This document shows, piece after piece, positions 27,773 to 37,479 of a stretch of 43,985 bases of DNA. Origin of the DNA: Nanobdellota archaeon (GTDB lineage Archaea; Nanobdellota; Nanobdellia; Parvarchaeales; Parvarchaeaceae). The position numbers were made by a program, and so were the translations under genes. The DNA lies in the NCBI GenBank assembly GCA_021851145.1, contig JAJZJK010000003.1, positions 1-43,985 of the forward strand. The letters are read 5' to 3'. Below the pieces are notes generated by a model that did no database searches, had not been told where the DNA came from, and worked only from the letters and a program-made list of their open reading frames with translations. How positions within the stretch are numbered: the stretch's first letter is position 1; the number at the start of each line of letters is the position of its first letter.

Positions 27773-28396
27773 ATGAAAAAACGGATAACCTTGGATTCAG
27801 TCATCGGCATTGCAAAAGAGAATCTGGCCGGCAAGATACAGGTAGGATTCACTGGGTTGATAAAGACGGGGAAAAAGGCCACTTATTTAAGATCCGAAGA
27901 AATGCTAAAGGAATTGACTGAAAACAGCGGAAAATACGTTCTTGATTCCTCAATAGATAGTTACAGCAGGAATGACCTGTTCTTTAAGCCAATAAGCTTT
28001 TTGGAGAGGGGGCAATTTGACAAGCTTAGCAAGATGTATGACATTCTGCCAGAAGCAATCCCAACACCAATAACTAAAGTAAGAAACGGCGATGGAAAAG
28101 AGATAGGATACATAATGAGGAAAATAGAAGGTAATACCATGGCAGATTATCTAGCAGGATTAAACGCTGACATAAGATATCGGGAGAATGATAGGATACT
28201 CAAAGAATTGAACGGCTACGTTGGGAAACTTTCCGCCAACGGAATAGGACACGGGGATATACACGAAAGAAACGTCATTATCTACAATGGCAAACCTTTC
28301 CTAGTGGATCCTTTTGCAATAAACGACTGTGACAGCTGGTATATGAAAAGAGATGCAAATAACTTGAAAAAACTGAAGTCCACCTTATATGACTGA
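27773..28396 (+). CDS. Protein kinase-like fold protein (RIO/Bud32/Kdo-like)
   Basis: IPTP, GYIMRKIEG, HGDIHERNVII, LVDP; start moved to the ATG at 27773, which has TTTAAA about 25 nt upstream. Confidence 0.8.
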   Translation: MKKRITLDSVIGIAKENLAGKIQVGFTGLIKTGKKATYLRSEEMLKELTENSGKYVLDSSIDSYSRNDLFFKPISFLERGQFDKLSKMYDILPEAIPTPITKVRNGDGKEIGYIMRKIEGNTMADYLAGLNADIRYRENDRILKELNGYVGKLSANGIGHGDIHERNVIIYNGKPFLVDPFAINDCDSWYMKRDANNLKKLKSTLYD

Positions 28397-28497
28397 TATG
28401 TCTATTCGACATTACTTTGGAATCGTATTACGATATTTATGATATTTTTGGAAGGTGGGAAATTAAGAAGGAGATATCCTATACCCCTAATTATAAA

Positions 28498-28570
28498 TGG
28501 GCCCGAAGGGATTCGAACCCTTGGTCTTCTGCACGTCAAGCAGACGTCATAACCGCTGGACCACGGGCCC
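28498..28570 (-). tRNA. trnV: tRNA-Val(GAC)
   Basis: GGGCCCG/CGGGCCC acceptor stem; TCTGC-TT GAC GT-GCAGA; AAGGG-TTCGAAT-CCCTT. Confidence 0.96.
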
Positions 28571-28655
28571 ATAATTAATAACAACTGCATATAAAATATA
28601 AAAGCTTATTTAAAACAATAAAAAAGCTTTTATTCCTAAATTATAATATTGTCAT

Positions 28656-29948
28656 ATGAATTACGATTTAAACTATGTAAGAGATCACAAAGACGAGCTC
28701 ATATTATCAATTAAAAAAAGGTTCTTAAATCCGCCTATTGAAAACCCTGTAGAAAGATTAATTGAATTGAATGAGACTATAAAAAAGAGCAGAAGTGAGG
28801 TTGATGAGCTTAGGCACAAAAGAAATACAATAAGCAAAGAATTTGCAGAAAACAAAGATGATACTCAAAAGAAAGAAAGCGAAAGAAAAACTGTTAGGGA
28901 GATAATGCAACAGATAAAAGAAAAAGAGGAAGAAATAGCAAAATATGAGGATGAAGCTAAAAATCTATTTTTATGGCTACCAAATGTTATTAGTCCAGAT
29001 GCGCCGGAAGGAAAAGATGATAATGATAATGTTGAAATAAGAAATTACGGAAAAATAGAAAAGAGAGATTTTATTACAAAAAGCCATATAGATTTGGGCC
29101 AAGAAAGGAAATTTCTGGATATGGAGAATGCTGCTAAGATTACCGGCAGCAGATTTGTTTTTATAAAAGGTAAGCTGGTACAATTAGAACTTGCTTTAGA
29201 GCTGTATTCTATAGAAAAGATATCCTCAAAAGGGTACTTGCCAGTTATGCCACCTTTTATGATAAAACGTGATATTTACGGCGGGATAGCGCATATGGCC
29301 ACCTTTGAGGATGCCCTGTACAAAGTAACTGGTGTAGAAGAAGAAGGAGAAGAAGAACGCTTTCTTATATCTACAACTGAACACCCTATGATAGCACAAT
29401 ATTCTAATTCGAATATACCTGAAGAAGAACTACCTATAAAATTAGTAGGTATAAGCCCGGCCTTTAGAAAAGAAGCTGGAGCACATGGAAAAGATACAAA
29501 AGGGATTTTTAGGCTACACCAATTTGACCAGACAGAACAGATAGTACTTTGTAAACCTGAGGATTCACAAAAATTTCACGAAGAGATGCTCGCTAACATA
29601 GAAGAGATTTGGAAAGAATTGGGGATACCTTACAGAGTAGTGAGTTGCTCAACCGGTGATATGGGGGTTAGGGACATAAAACAGTATGATATTGAAGCTT
29701 ACCTTTATTCACAAGAAAAATACAGAGAAGTTGGATCATTTGACAATACAACAGACTGGATATCTAGAAGATTAAACATAAAATATGTAGATAAAAAAGG
29801 AAACAAGGATTATGTTTATACTTTAGATGGAACTGGTTTGCCAATGCAAAGAACCATGATAGCTATAATGGATACTTATCAACAAAAAGATGGGACAATA
29901 ATAGTTCCTGAGGTGCTTAGAAAATATACAGGTTTTAACGAGATTTAG
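28656..29948 (+). CDS. serS: Seryl-tRNA synthetase
   Basis: N-terminal coiled coil, GSRF, TTEHP, FRKEAGAHGKDTKGIFRLHQF, YREVGS. Confidence 0.97.
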   Translation: MNYDLNYVRDHKDELILSIKKRFLNPPIENPVERLIELNETIKKSRSEVDELRHKRNTISKEFAENKDDTQKKESERKTVREIMQQIKEKEEEIAKYEDEAKNLFLWLPNVISPDAPEGKDDNDNVEIRNYGKIEKRDFITKSHIDLGQERKFLDMENAAKITGSRFVFIKGKLVQLELALELYSIEKISSKGYLPVMPPFMIKRDIYGGIAHMATFEDALYKVTGVEEEGEEERFLISTTEHPMIAQYSNSNIPEEELPIKLVGISPAFRKEAGAHGKDTKGIFRLHQFDQTEQIVLCKPEDSQKFHEEMLANIEEIWKELGIPYRVVSCSTGDMGVRDIKQYDIEAYLYSQEKYREVGSFDNTTDWISRRLNIKYVDKKGNKDYVYTLDGTGLPMQRTMIAIMDTYQQKDGTIIVPEVLRKYTGFNEI

Positions 29949-30018
29949 TAATACTATAGTAATACTCAACTTTGTTTTATAAAAGAAAAAATGCGCTTAT
30001 TATTAAGGGGGTAATAAT

Positions 30019-32196
30019 ATGGGAAGTCAAATGCTTGAGGAAATAATAAAAAAAGATAATAATTCTTATTCTAAATTAAGGCTTCTTACTATGTCAGAGT
30101 TAGAACTTGCAACAAAACTAAGTGACAAACAGGTACTAGATAATTTAGGGCAGATGATAAAAGATTATGAAGGTAAAATTGACGGTATAGTCATAAATGG
30201 GGGCCTGGCATATATACCTGACAAATATAGCAGATTAAGAGGGGAGAGATTAGATTTAGTAGAGGACATGCTAAAAGAGAAATATGGAGAAGAAGCTTAT
30301 AATGAAATAAAACGTGGAAAAAATGACTCTAATTCTGTTGATGATTTAACTGAAGCCGCAATACTTGCAAGAATACAGATGAAAAGCATTGCTTATGAAG
30401 CTAAGAAAAAAGGAGTACCTATTTATTATATTTATGGGGTTACAGACTACAAAAACGTAAAAATGATCATAGAAGCATTGGAAAGGCTTAGCAGAAGAAA
30501 TAACAGAGAAGAAGAGAGAGTTAGAGAAACGAAAAAGAATAAAAAACAAAACAAACTTGAAGATAAAGTGCCAGATGAGATAGAAAGAATAATGTCTATT
30601 ATCCCTGATAGCTATAAATTTAAGGCCTCTAAATGGAAAACGTCAGATAAACAAGGTATAAAAGATAAAGCTAATGACATCTACTTGCACCTTATAAATA
30701 TGATGCTAAATCCTGGTAAAAACCAAGATAACATAAAAGTATACAAAAAATTTGAAAATTTCATTGGAGACAAAGAGAGTAATGAACCTGATGCAGAAAT
30801 AACAATAAATGGTGTTAAGGTAAAAGTATTCCACGCTATTAATGCTCTTACTGCTGGATTAAACGAAGGAAAACCTAGCGACAGAACAATAAACATGATA
30901 GTAGATTATACAAATTTAGATGCTCAGTATGGAAGACTTGCGGATATTTATATAACTGGAAGAGGATCCGCAACGGAATTTACAGCGTTAGATTACCAAA
31001 GCAGGAAAGAGCCTGTATTGATATTTAACCAAGGTCCTTTAATGGATATAGACAGACAATTTAAACTAAGAGCAAGCCTTAATAAGACGGATGTATCCAA
31101 AAGGTTATCGCAATTTGAAGATAGCGGGGTCTCTTTCTTATCGGTTTACAATGATAATACTGTTGAGATAGAACATTTAGATGTAAGTGGCATAAAAAAC
31201 AAGATAAATCCTTCCAAACTAAATAAAGAAAAACAGAATGGATCGCTTTATGAAGTGGTTCAAGCATCGGATTGGCATGTTGGAAACGCCGCCTCAGATT
31301 ATGAAGCAATGGAAGAAGTACCTAAAATAATTAGCAAAAGTGATGTTCCTAAAGAGAAAAGAGTACTTTTCGTGGGTGGAGACATGGTTGATGGCGGAAA
31401 TGATAAAGCACAAAGGACAAAGATGTCACTACCCAGAGCACCAAGTCCAGAAGAATTTGTAGGAAAACTTGAGGATATTTTAAAGGATGACAACAAAGAA
31501 AATACAAAAACCAAGTTTATCTCTGAATTGCACAAAGTAGTCTATGGAAATTCAGATATAGACTTAGGCCAGCAGGAAAAAAGACTCGATAATTACCTAA
31601 AACCACTGGCACCACTATTTGACAAAGCATATGTAGTAGGTGGAAACCATTTTGAAAGGGCAACTGGTAATGGGAGCGAAGGCAGAATGATTGGGCCTAA
31701 ACTTGAAAATGGTGGTACAAACGAAGTAGTTTATGTAGATGATTACTTATTGAGGGGAGAAACGCCTTACCTCGGAGATTATGGTTTATTGATGATGCAT
31801 AGCGCAGGTTATAGAGGCGGGGTAGATGCAAGAACCTCTCTAATGAACACTATAAAAAACACTGGATCGGATCTTATAGACTTGGGGATGGCTGGAGATT
31901 GCCATGAACCTGGAATAAAATTTGCCTTAAAGAAAAAGAATGGTGAATGGAGGACTATGGCTACAATTACAACTCCCGCGCTTGAAGGTGAAACTTACTT
32001 TGAAAAATATATAATCCATAAACCAAATTATACCAAAGGCATAAGTGAAATTTATATACCTACAGATAGCACAATAGGAACATCGTATTTAAAGTACAAA
32101 CTAATTCCGCTACAAACAATAAGAGATGAAATATATGCATCAGGAGGGTCAAGGTACTACAAAGCATTGGATAAGATATTAAACAAACTTGATTAA
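30019..32196 (+). CDS. Large calcineurin-like metallophosphoesterase (intact C-terminal domain, degenerate N-terminal copy)
   Basis: C-terminal SDWHVG, GGDMVDG, GGNHFE, MHSAG, GDCH; upstream AGGGGG ribosome-binding-like site. Confidence 0.72.
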   Translation: MGSQMLEEIIKKDNNSYSKLRLLTMSELELATKLSDKQVLDNLGQMIKDYEGKIDGIVINGGLAYIPDKYSRLRGERLDLVEDMLKEKYGEEAYNEIKRGKNDSNSVDDLTEAAILARIQMKSIAYEAKKKGVPIYYIYGVTDYKNVKMIIEALERLSRRNNREEERVRETKKNKKQNKLEDKVPDEIERIMSIIPDSYKFKASKWKTSDKQGIKDKANDIYLHLINMMLNPGKNQDNIKVYKKFENFIGDKESNEPDAEITINGVKVKVFHAINALTAGLNEGKPSDRTINMIVDYTNLDAQYGRLADIYITGRGSATEFTALDYQSRKEPVLIFNQGPLMDIDRQFKLRASLNKTDVSKRLSQFEDSGVSFLSVYNDNTVEIEHLDVSGIKNKINPSKLNKEKQNGSLYEVVQASDWHVGNAASDYEAMEEVPKIISKSDVPKEKRVLFVGGDMVDGGNDKAQRTKMSLPRAPSPEEFVGKLEDILKDDNKENTKTKFISELHKVVYGNSDIDLGQQEKRLDNYLKPLAPLFDKAYVVGGNHFERATGNGSEGRMIGPKLENGGTNEVVYVDDYLLRGETPYLGDYGLLMMHSAGYRGGVDARTSLMNTIKNTGSDLIDLGMAGDCHEPGIKFALKKKNGEWRTMATITTPALEGETYFEKYIIHKPNYTKGISEIYIPTDSTIGTSYLKYKLIPLQTIRDEIYASGGSRYYKALDKILNKLD

Positions 32197-32221
32197 AAGC
32201 TAATACATAAATATTATTAGG

Positions 32222-33298
32222 ATGGCTTTAGGTATATTCATGGATGAAAATAAAAAAGCAGAAAGCATCAATAGCGTTAGAAAATTTGTTTCGGAAAACA
32301 ATGATTTTACAGTTTTTTACCACTTTGATACTGATGGGATAGTAAGTGCTGCATTGCTTACGGCTGCACTTAAAAAGATAAATAAGGGAGTTTATTACTA
32401 CAGACCAACAAATTATGAAGACTACGAAAAAATGGATATGCAAGAGTACAGCAAGAACATAATAATATGCGATATGCAGATAAGGGAAGCGCAGTTACCG
32501 CTATTCAAAGACAAAAACCTATGTATAATTGATCATCACCAAATAATAGAAGCAGATATGTCTGCATATGCAAACCCTAAGATTTGGGGTGATAACACAT
32601 ATACCCCTTGTTCTTTACTTGTATACAGAATATTTAAGCAAGAAGTGGAAGAATTGGATTGGGAATCTGCAATAGGTTTAGTTGGAGATTCTGGCGGAAA
32701 AGAGAATTCAGAATTTGTAAAAGAAACTGCCGAAAAATATGGAATAAAAATCGGAACAGATGAATTCATGTATGATAATGATTTTGGTAAGGCTGCGGGG
32801 ATGATAGGTGCTATGACTACAGTGTATAATAGAGAAGGCGCCGATGAGGCATTGGGTATACTAATGAATAGCGCTTCTATTTCAGACGTAATAAATAACC
32901 AAAAACTTGTTTTCGCGGATAAAAAAGTAAGATTTGAACTTGAAAAACTAAAAGAAGACTTTAAAGAAAAAGCGGAAAAAGTCGGAAAGGTCTATTTTTA
33001 TGAATTAGACCAAAAAAAGAAGAGATACTCTTCTACATTAGTTACAGAATTAAGCTTTGATAAAGAGTATTATGGGAATGTTCTTGTGTTTATGACTAAG
33101 ATAAATGCAAGAACTATGAGACTAAACCTAAGAGCAAATGGGGTTGAGATAAAACTTCCAGTCATGCTGAACAATATCTTCAAAAAAGTTAAGGGAGAAG
33201 GCGGAGGGCATGATAAGGCATCCGGTGGTTCTATAAACTACAAAGACAAAGACAAATTCAAACAGCTTTTCCTTGAAGAAGCTAAAGACTTAAATTAA
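32222..33298 (+). CDS. DHH/DHHA1 family phosphoesterase (RecJ/NrnA-like)
   Basis: HFDTDG, ICD, IIDHH, GLVGD, GGGHDKASG. Confidence 0.92.
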   Translation: MALGIFMDENKKAESINSVRKFVSENNDFTVFYHFDTDGIVSAALLTAALKKINKGVYYYRPTNYEDYEKMDMQEYSKNIIICDMQIREAQLPLFKDKNLCIIDHHQIIEADMSAYANPKIWGDNTYTPCSLLVYRIFKQEVEELDWESAIGLVGDSGGKENSEFVKETAEKYGIKIGTDEFMYDNDFGKAAGMIGAMTTVYNREGADEALGILMNSASISDVINNQKLVFADKKVRFELEKLKEDFKEKAEKVGKVYFYELDQKKKRYSSTLVTELSFDKEYYGNVLVFMTKINARTMRLNLRANGVEIKLPVMLNNIFKKVKGEGGGHDKASGGSINYKDKDKFKQLFLEEAKDLN

Positions 33299-33568
33299 CT
33301 AGAAATCCGGTGCCCTGCTTACTTCAGATATACTTAGACTTGCCTCTTTAAATGAAGAAAATGCTTCTTCAATCTTAGAAGTTCCCTCGTCCTCGTCTGC
33401 TACTAAAGTGATCATTATTACAGTTAAACCAAATGCAAGAGGCTGCACTTCGGATTTGTATACTGAGCCGTATTTAGATAAGAATGATTTTAACTCACCA
33501 ACAACTTTGTCTATATCAGACGAAGTATCCTTTGGGAGTGCCTTTATTTTTATTACTACTTTTCCCAT
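33299..33568 (-). CDS. ef1b: Translation elongation factor 1-beta
   Basis: MGKVVIKIKALP, QPLAFGL; start moved to the ATG at 33568. Confidence 0.93.
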   Translation of the reverse strand: MGKVVIKIKALPKDTSSDIDKVVGELKSFLSKYGSVYKSEVQPLAFGLTVIMITLVADEDEGTSKIEEAFSSFKEASLSISEVSRAPDF

Positions 33569-33569
33569 A

Positions 33570-33755
33570 TTAAGGCCCCACAAAACCACATACTTTACAG
33601 GTGTAATTAACGCCTCTTCCCCTGCATTTTCCGCATCTGGATATTTTTGTATTGCAATTTGGGCAATTAAAGACTACTGAATCATCTATTATTGAGATAT
33701 CCCTATCACAGGATATACAAAAATTCTTTTCTGACTCAATTAACTCCTCTGCCAT
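33570..33755 (-). CDS. Zn-ribbon protein (DUF1610 / HVO_2753 family)
   Basis: CISC, FNCPNC, RCGKCR, YTC..CGFVGP; conserved position upstream of EF-1beta. Confidence 0.92.
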   Translation of the reverse strand: MAEELIESEKNFCISCDRDISIIDDSVVFNCPNCNTKISRCGKCRGRGVNYTCKVCGFVGP

Positions 33756-33807
33756 TTGTTAGTTTATTATTAGATTCATATTTATATGTTTCTGTTATAG
33801 ATAATAT

Positions 33808-34167
33808 ATGGAAAAAGACATAAAACAGGTAATAATCTTGAGAAAGAATATAGGCATGGGAACAGGCAAACTTGTTGCACAAGGGTCTCATGCAAGCCTT
33901 ATGAGTTTTATACACACCGAAAAGATTTATCCGGAGATTGCTAAGAAATGGTTGGCACAGGGAGAAACCAAAATAGTGCTAAAAGTGAATAAAATAGAGG
34001 AATTTGAAGATTTGAAAAACAAACTAAAAAGGAGTGATATACCATTCCAGGTCGTAAAAGATGCTGGACAGACACAAGTTCCACCTGGTACTGAAACTGC
34101 AATAGGGATAGGCCCTTATTATACGGACGAAATAAATAAGATAACCTCTAAACTTAAACTTTTATGA
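33808..34167 (+). CDS. pth2: Peptidyl-tRNA hydrolase Pth2
   Basis: KQVII.R, MGTGKLVAQGSHA, KIVLK, DAGQTQV.PGT.TAIGIGP. Confidence 0.96.
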   Translation: MEKDIKQVIILRKNIGMGTGKLVAQGSHASLMSFIHTEKIYPEIAKKWLAQGETKIVLKVNKIEEFEDLKNKLKRSDIPFQVVKDAGQTQVPPGTETAIGIGPYYTDEINKITSKLKLL

Positions 34168-34481
34168 CAAATATACTGTACATAATGATAAATTCTGTAA
34201 TACAGACTAACCCTTACTTAGGTTACCTATTTTTTGGGTTGATTATAGCAGGAGTTGGGATAACTTACTTTTATAGAAAAGAGGTAGGATTTCTGATAAC
34301 TATAATAATCTCTTCAATTTTAGGCTATATTGGAATTTTTTCTTCATTAATATTTATTTTAACTGCCGCTTGTATCCTACTTCTTGTGCTTTCTTTACTT
34401 GGAGGAGGTTCTATAACCCGACCAATAAAAAATCTAGAAAGTTGGATGTATCTAAAATTTGTCTTAAAGAAACAAAAGTAA
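34164..34481 (+). CDS. Small membrane protein
   Basis: Hydrophobic 105-aa ORF coupled to pth2 by ATGA overlap. Confidence 0.6.
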   Translation: MTNILYIMINSVIQTNPYLGYLFFGLIIAGVGITYFYRKEVGFLITIIISSILGYIGIFSSLIFILTAACILLLVLSLLGGGSITRPIKNLESWMYLKFVLKKQK

Positions 34482-34552
34482 TGCATCGGCCGGGATTCGA
34501 ACCCGGGTCTCCACCGTGGCAGGGTAGTGTCTTACCACTGGACTACCGATGC
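34482..34552 (-). tRNA. trnG: tRNA-Gly(GCC)
   Basis: GCATCGG/CCGATGC acceptor stem; CTACC-CT GCC AC-GGTGG; CCGGG-TTCGAAT-CCCGG. Confidence 0.96.
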
Positions 34553-34590
34553 TTAATATTACTTATTAATAGGCCTCTTTTATATATCTT

Positions 34591-35028
34591 ATGTATTTCG
34601 ATGCCGAATTCAATAAAGAGAGTAACCAGTGGAAAAAATTCGAAAATGATGCTGCGGATATATTTGAGAAATTTGATTACACTGTTGAAAGGGATGTAAG
34701 ATTTAAAACAAGTAGAAGATTTCAGATTGATTTTATAGCTTATGACAAACAACGCAGATTTTTTGTAGATTGTAAAAACCATGCATATATCCCTCCTGAA
34801 AAAGAACGAGAATTCATAAAGAAACAGCTGGATAGGGCCTATAACTTTATTGGCAAACAGGATAAAGACCCTAAAAAGGAGATAATACTTCTTGTTACAA
34901 AGAATAAAACAAATTCTTTATTGTTGCATAAAATTGGTAAAGGGAAGGTGCTTGCAGTTGATTTTTCTTCATTACCTGTTCTTTTAAAGGATATAGACTT
35001 GTATGAAGATGAATTATTCTTTTTTTGA
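34591..35028 (+). CDS. PD-(D/E)xK restriction endonuclease-like protein (Mrr-like)
   Basis: WKKFE...IFE...Y.V, QIDFIA, FVDCK. Confidence 0.78.
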   Translation: MYFDAEFNKESNQWKKFENDAADIFEKFDYTVERDVRFKTSRRFQIDFIAYDKQRRFFVDCKNHAYIPPEKEREFIKKQLDRAYNFIGKQDKDPKKEIILLVTKNKTNSLLLHKIGKGKVLAVDFSSLPVLLKDIDLYEDELFFF

Positions 35029-35775
35029 TTACTCTAATCTATTTGCCAGAATAAATGACATTATAGCATCAGAATTAAGTTCATAATCTACTTTTAAGGG
35101 ATAATTGTTAGAAAATGACATTTTTATAGGTTTTTCTGAGTCTACAACATACAAAAATTTTGTAAGGTAATCTATAGAATATTTTGACCTAGTAGTAGAC
35201 TCTGATTTCAAGTCGAAGATTTCTTTGTTCTCATTTATTGATAACTCCTGTGAAAATTCCTTCTCATCGCTCTTTGAACTTATTATAAATCTCGGCCTGT
35301 CAACAGTAAAGTATATAGAATCATCTACAAGAGAGGCTGCTTTTACTGAATCTTTTATTAGCGAACCCAAAACAGTAACTTCTGATACAAACTTAAGTTG
35401 GGGTATCTTCTGCGCAGTATAATTCTCATCTATTAACGGAATTGAAAAATGCTGCTTATTCCTTCCATTTATATCTAATATAAGTTTGTTCTTAGAATCT
35501 GACAACTTCAGCTTGTCTTCTTTCTTAGCTAGTTTTAATATACCATTTAAATCATCAAGAGAAACAGATATTTTTACAGGCTTTTCTATGTTAAAACTGG
35601 AAAAAATTGATTTTTTTGCTTCAAAAAGGACCATTGCTATGTTCGCAGGATCCATTGCTTTAATTGCAAACCCCTCTTCATTAAAATCTATAGAAACATC
35701 GGACATCAAGCTACCTATTGCGTCCATCATTTTCTTAAAAACTTCTACATCCTTAAATTCAGCTTCCATTACCAT
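35029..35775 (-). CDS. pcn: DNA polymerase sliding clamp PCNA
   Basis: AMDPANIAMV, SKYSIDYL, YPLKVDY, FILANR. Confidence 0.96.
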   Translation of the reverse strand: MVMEAEFKDVEVFKKMMDAIGSLMSDVSIDFNEEGFAIKAMDPANIAMVLFEAKKSIFSSFNIEKPVKISVSLDDLNGILKLAKKEDKLKLSDSKNKLILDINGRNKQHFSIPLIDENYTAQKIPQLKFVSEVTVLGSLIKDSVKAASLVDDSIYFTVDRPRFIISSKSDEKEFSQELSINENKEIFDLKSESTTRSKYSIDYLTKFLYVVDSEKPIKMSFSNNYPLKVDYELNSDAIMSFILANRLE

Positions 35776-36097
35776 CTAATAGATTATTTCTTATTATTAA
35801 ATACTTTTTATAATTGTTATAATCATTTATATTTATCTCTTCCACTTTATCAACTCTTACTTCAAACGAAGAATCAGCTGCTATAGTTCTTCCAGTAATA
35901 ATAACAGGTTTAGATATTTCAAGTTTAACATTCTCTTGGTAATTTGGGAGACAAGTAAGTGTTAAACCTCCGTCTTCAACATCAAACACACCCGTTTTAT
36001 CATCAACTGAAGTTATTTTACCGGGAAACCTTACCCTTAGATTATCTTCTTTTATTTCCTTAATTTCTGTATCTTTTATTACCTGATTTTCCATCAA
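35759..36097 (-). CDS. Single OB-fold protein (RPA small-subunit-like)
   Basis: VRFPGKITSVD...FDVEDG...VIITGR; overlaps the pcn start. Confidence 0.7.
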   Translation of the reverse strand: MMENQVIKDTEIKEIKEDNLRVRFPGKITSVDDKTGVFDVEDGGLTLTCLPNYQENVKLEISKPVIITGRTIAADSSFEVRVDKVEEININDYNNYKKYLIIRNNLLDGNGS

Positions 36098-36561
36098 TTT
36101 GTAGCGTTTACTACTGTAACATTTATATGTATAATTTTGTAATTTACGCAGTTAAGATAACTTGCAGATAAATTTGCATCAACTACATAACTTCCTAATT
36201 TTGAAGGAGAGTATACTCCAAACTCTGTATCTCCCGTTTCACTTGCATTAATTTCTGTCGAATTTGCAACTTCAACATAAAATGGGGCATTTTTAGGAGG
36301 AGTTACAACTAGGGCTATATTTTCGGTTACATTCCCAGTATTATTAAAACCTATCCTAAGGAATGTATTTGTGTTTTCTGGCGCCGTTAGATTTGAATTA
36401 GTATTATAAACGAAACTTAAATTTACAGAATTACAATTTATTGTCTGCACAACTGGAGCTTTGTAAGCCGGAGAGATTTTACCAGCTACTATAAAACCTA
36501 TCAAAAATATTATTAACAAAGCAAGCAATAAATAGTTCCTAAGTCCTTTCATATTTATCAT
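36094..36561 (-). CDS. Secreted or membrane-anchored Ig-like glycoprotein
   Basis: Signal peptide, NNTGNV, many sequons. Confidence 0.65.
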   Translation of the reverse strand: MINMKGLRNYLLLALLIIFLIGFIVAGKISPAYKAPVVQTINCNSVNLSFVYNTNSNLTAPENTNTFLRIGFNNTGNVTENIALVVTPPKNAPFYVEVANSTEINASETGDTEFGVYSPSKLGSYVVDANLSASYLNCVNYKIIHINVTVVNATN

Positions 36562-36596
36562 TTAATTTAGTATTTATTGTTAATAAGTGTTTCGAT

Positions 36597-37187
36597 ATGG
36601 TAAATATAAAAGAATTCAATGGAGTTTACCCCCCTGCAGAGGATAGCTTTCTACTTTTAAATGCTGTAAAATATGCCCATGGCAGTGTACTCGATATGTG
36701 TGCAGGCAGCGGTATAATAGGCCTAAATGCCGCCAAAGTAGCAAAAGAGGTAACTTTAGTAGACATAAATCCAAAGGCAATAAAGGCAATAAAATACAAC
36801 GCAAGAAAAAACGGTATAAAGAATATTAAATGCATAAAATCTAACCTATTCTCTTTTCTTGATAAACAAAAATTTGACGTTATATATTCAAACCCGCCTT
36901 ACCTCCCTAAAAAAACAGAAAAAGGGTGGGCAGATTACGCATTATCCGGCGGAATAGAAGGCAGTGAAACTACTTTAAGGATAATAAATTCCATTAAAGA
37001 ACACTTAAAACCAGGTGGAACTGCATTTATCATACTTTCTACGGTTTATGATATAGATAAAGTATATAAGGAGATAAAGCGTTTAAAACTTAGCTTTGAG
37101 AGGTTGTATTCAGTTAATTTTTTCTTCGAAGAGCTTATCCTTATTAAAATATATGACAAGAGCAGGAATAGCAGTAAATCAAGGTAA
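36597..37187 (+). CDS. prmC: HemK2/Mtq2-type N5-glutamine methyltransferase
   Basis: VYPPAEDSFLL, LDMCAGSG, VDINP, NPPY, GG..G. Confidence 0.9.
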   Translation: MVNIKEFNGVYPPAEDSFLLLNAVKYAHGSVLDMCAGSGIIGLNAAKVAKEVTLVDINPKAIKAIKYNARKNGIKNIKCIKSNLFSFLDKQKFDVIYSNPPYLPKKTEKGWADYALSGGIEGSETTLRIINSIKEHLKPGGTAFIILSTVYDIDKVYKEIKRLKLSFERLYSVNFFFEELILIKIYDKSRNSSKSR

Positions 37188-37479
37188 GATTATAGTAGCA
37201 GTAATTATAAATAACTCTGTACAAGTCCACAGGGTAAAAAGCTTAAGTGAAGTAAAAGACATACTCAATACCTCCAAGCCAACTATTGTAGGTGTAGACA
37301 AGAGTGCAGCAGACTTATTTGAAGATTTATCATTTTCATTTAATACTACAAAAATAGACGGAGAAAATTGTGATAACAAACAGATTCAGTCACTTACCAT
37401 GCTGAGTATAACTAAAGACTCAGATAAATGCGCGATAAATGCAGCCTACTATTCAGAAGAAGCAGAAAATTCCAATTAA
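37153..37479 (+). CDS. Hypothetical protein, possible RNase H-like fold
   Basis: AGIAV...IIVAVI and KPTIVGVD; start moved to the ATG at 37153. Confidence 0.5.
   Translation: MTRAGIAVNQGKIIVAVIINNSVQVHRVKSLSEVKDILNTSKPTIVGVDKSAADLFEDLSFSFNTTKIDGENCDNKQIQSLTMLSITKDSDKCAINAAYYSEEAENSN

Noticed and set aside
28402-28590. 62-aa minus-strand ORF
   Set aside because: It is a translation through the tRNA-Val gene
34370-34782. ORFs 34370..34699 (+) and 34543..34782 (-)
   Set aside because: They overlap tRNA-Gly and the nuclease gene; shadow frames
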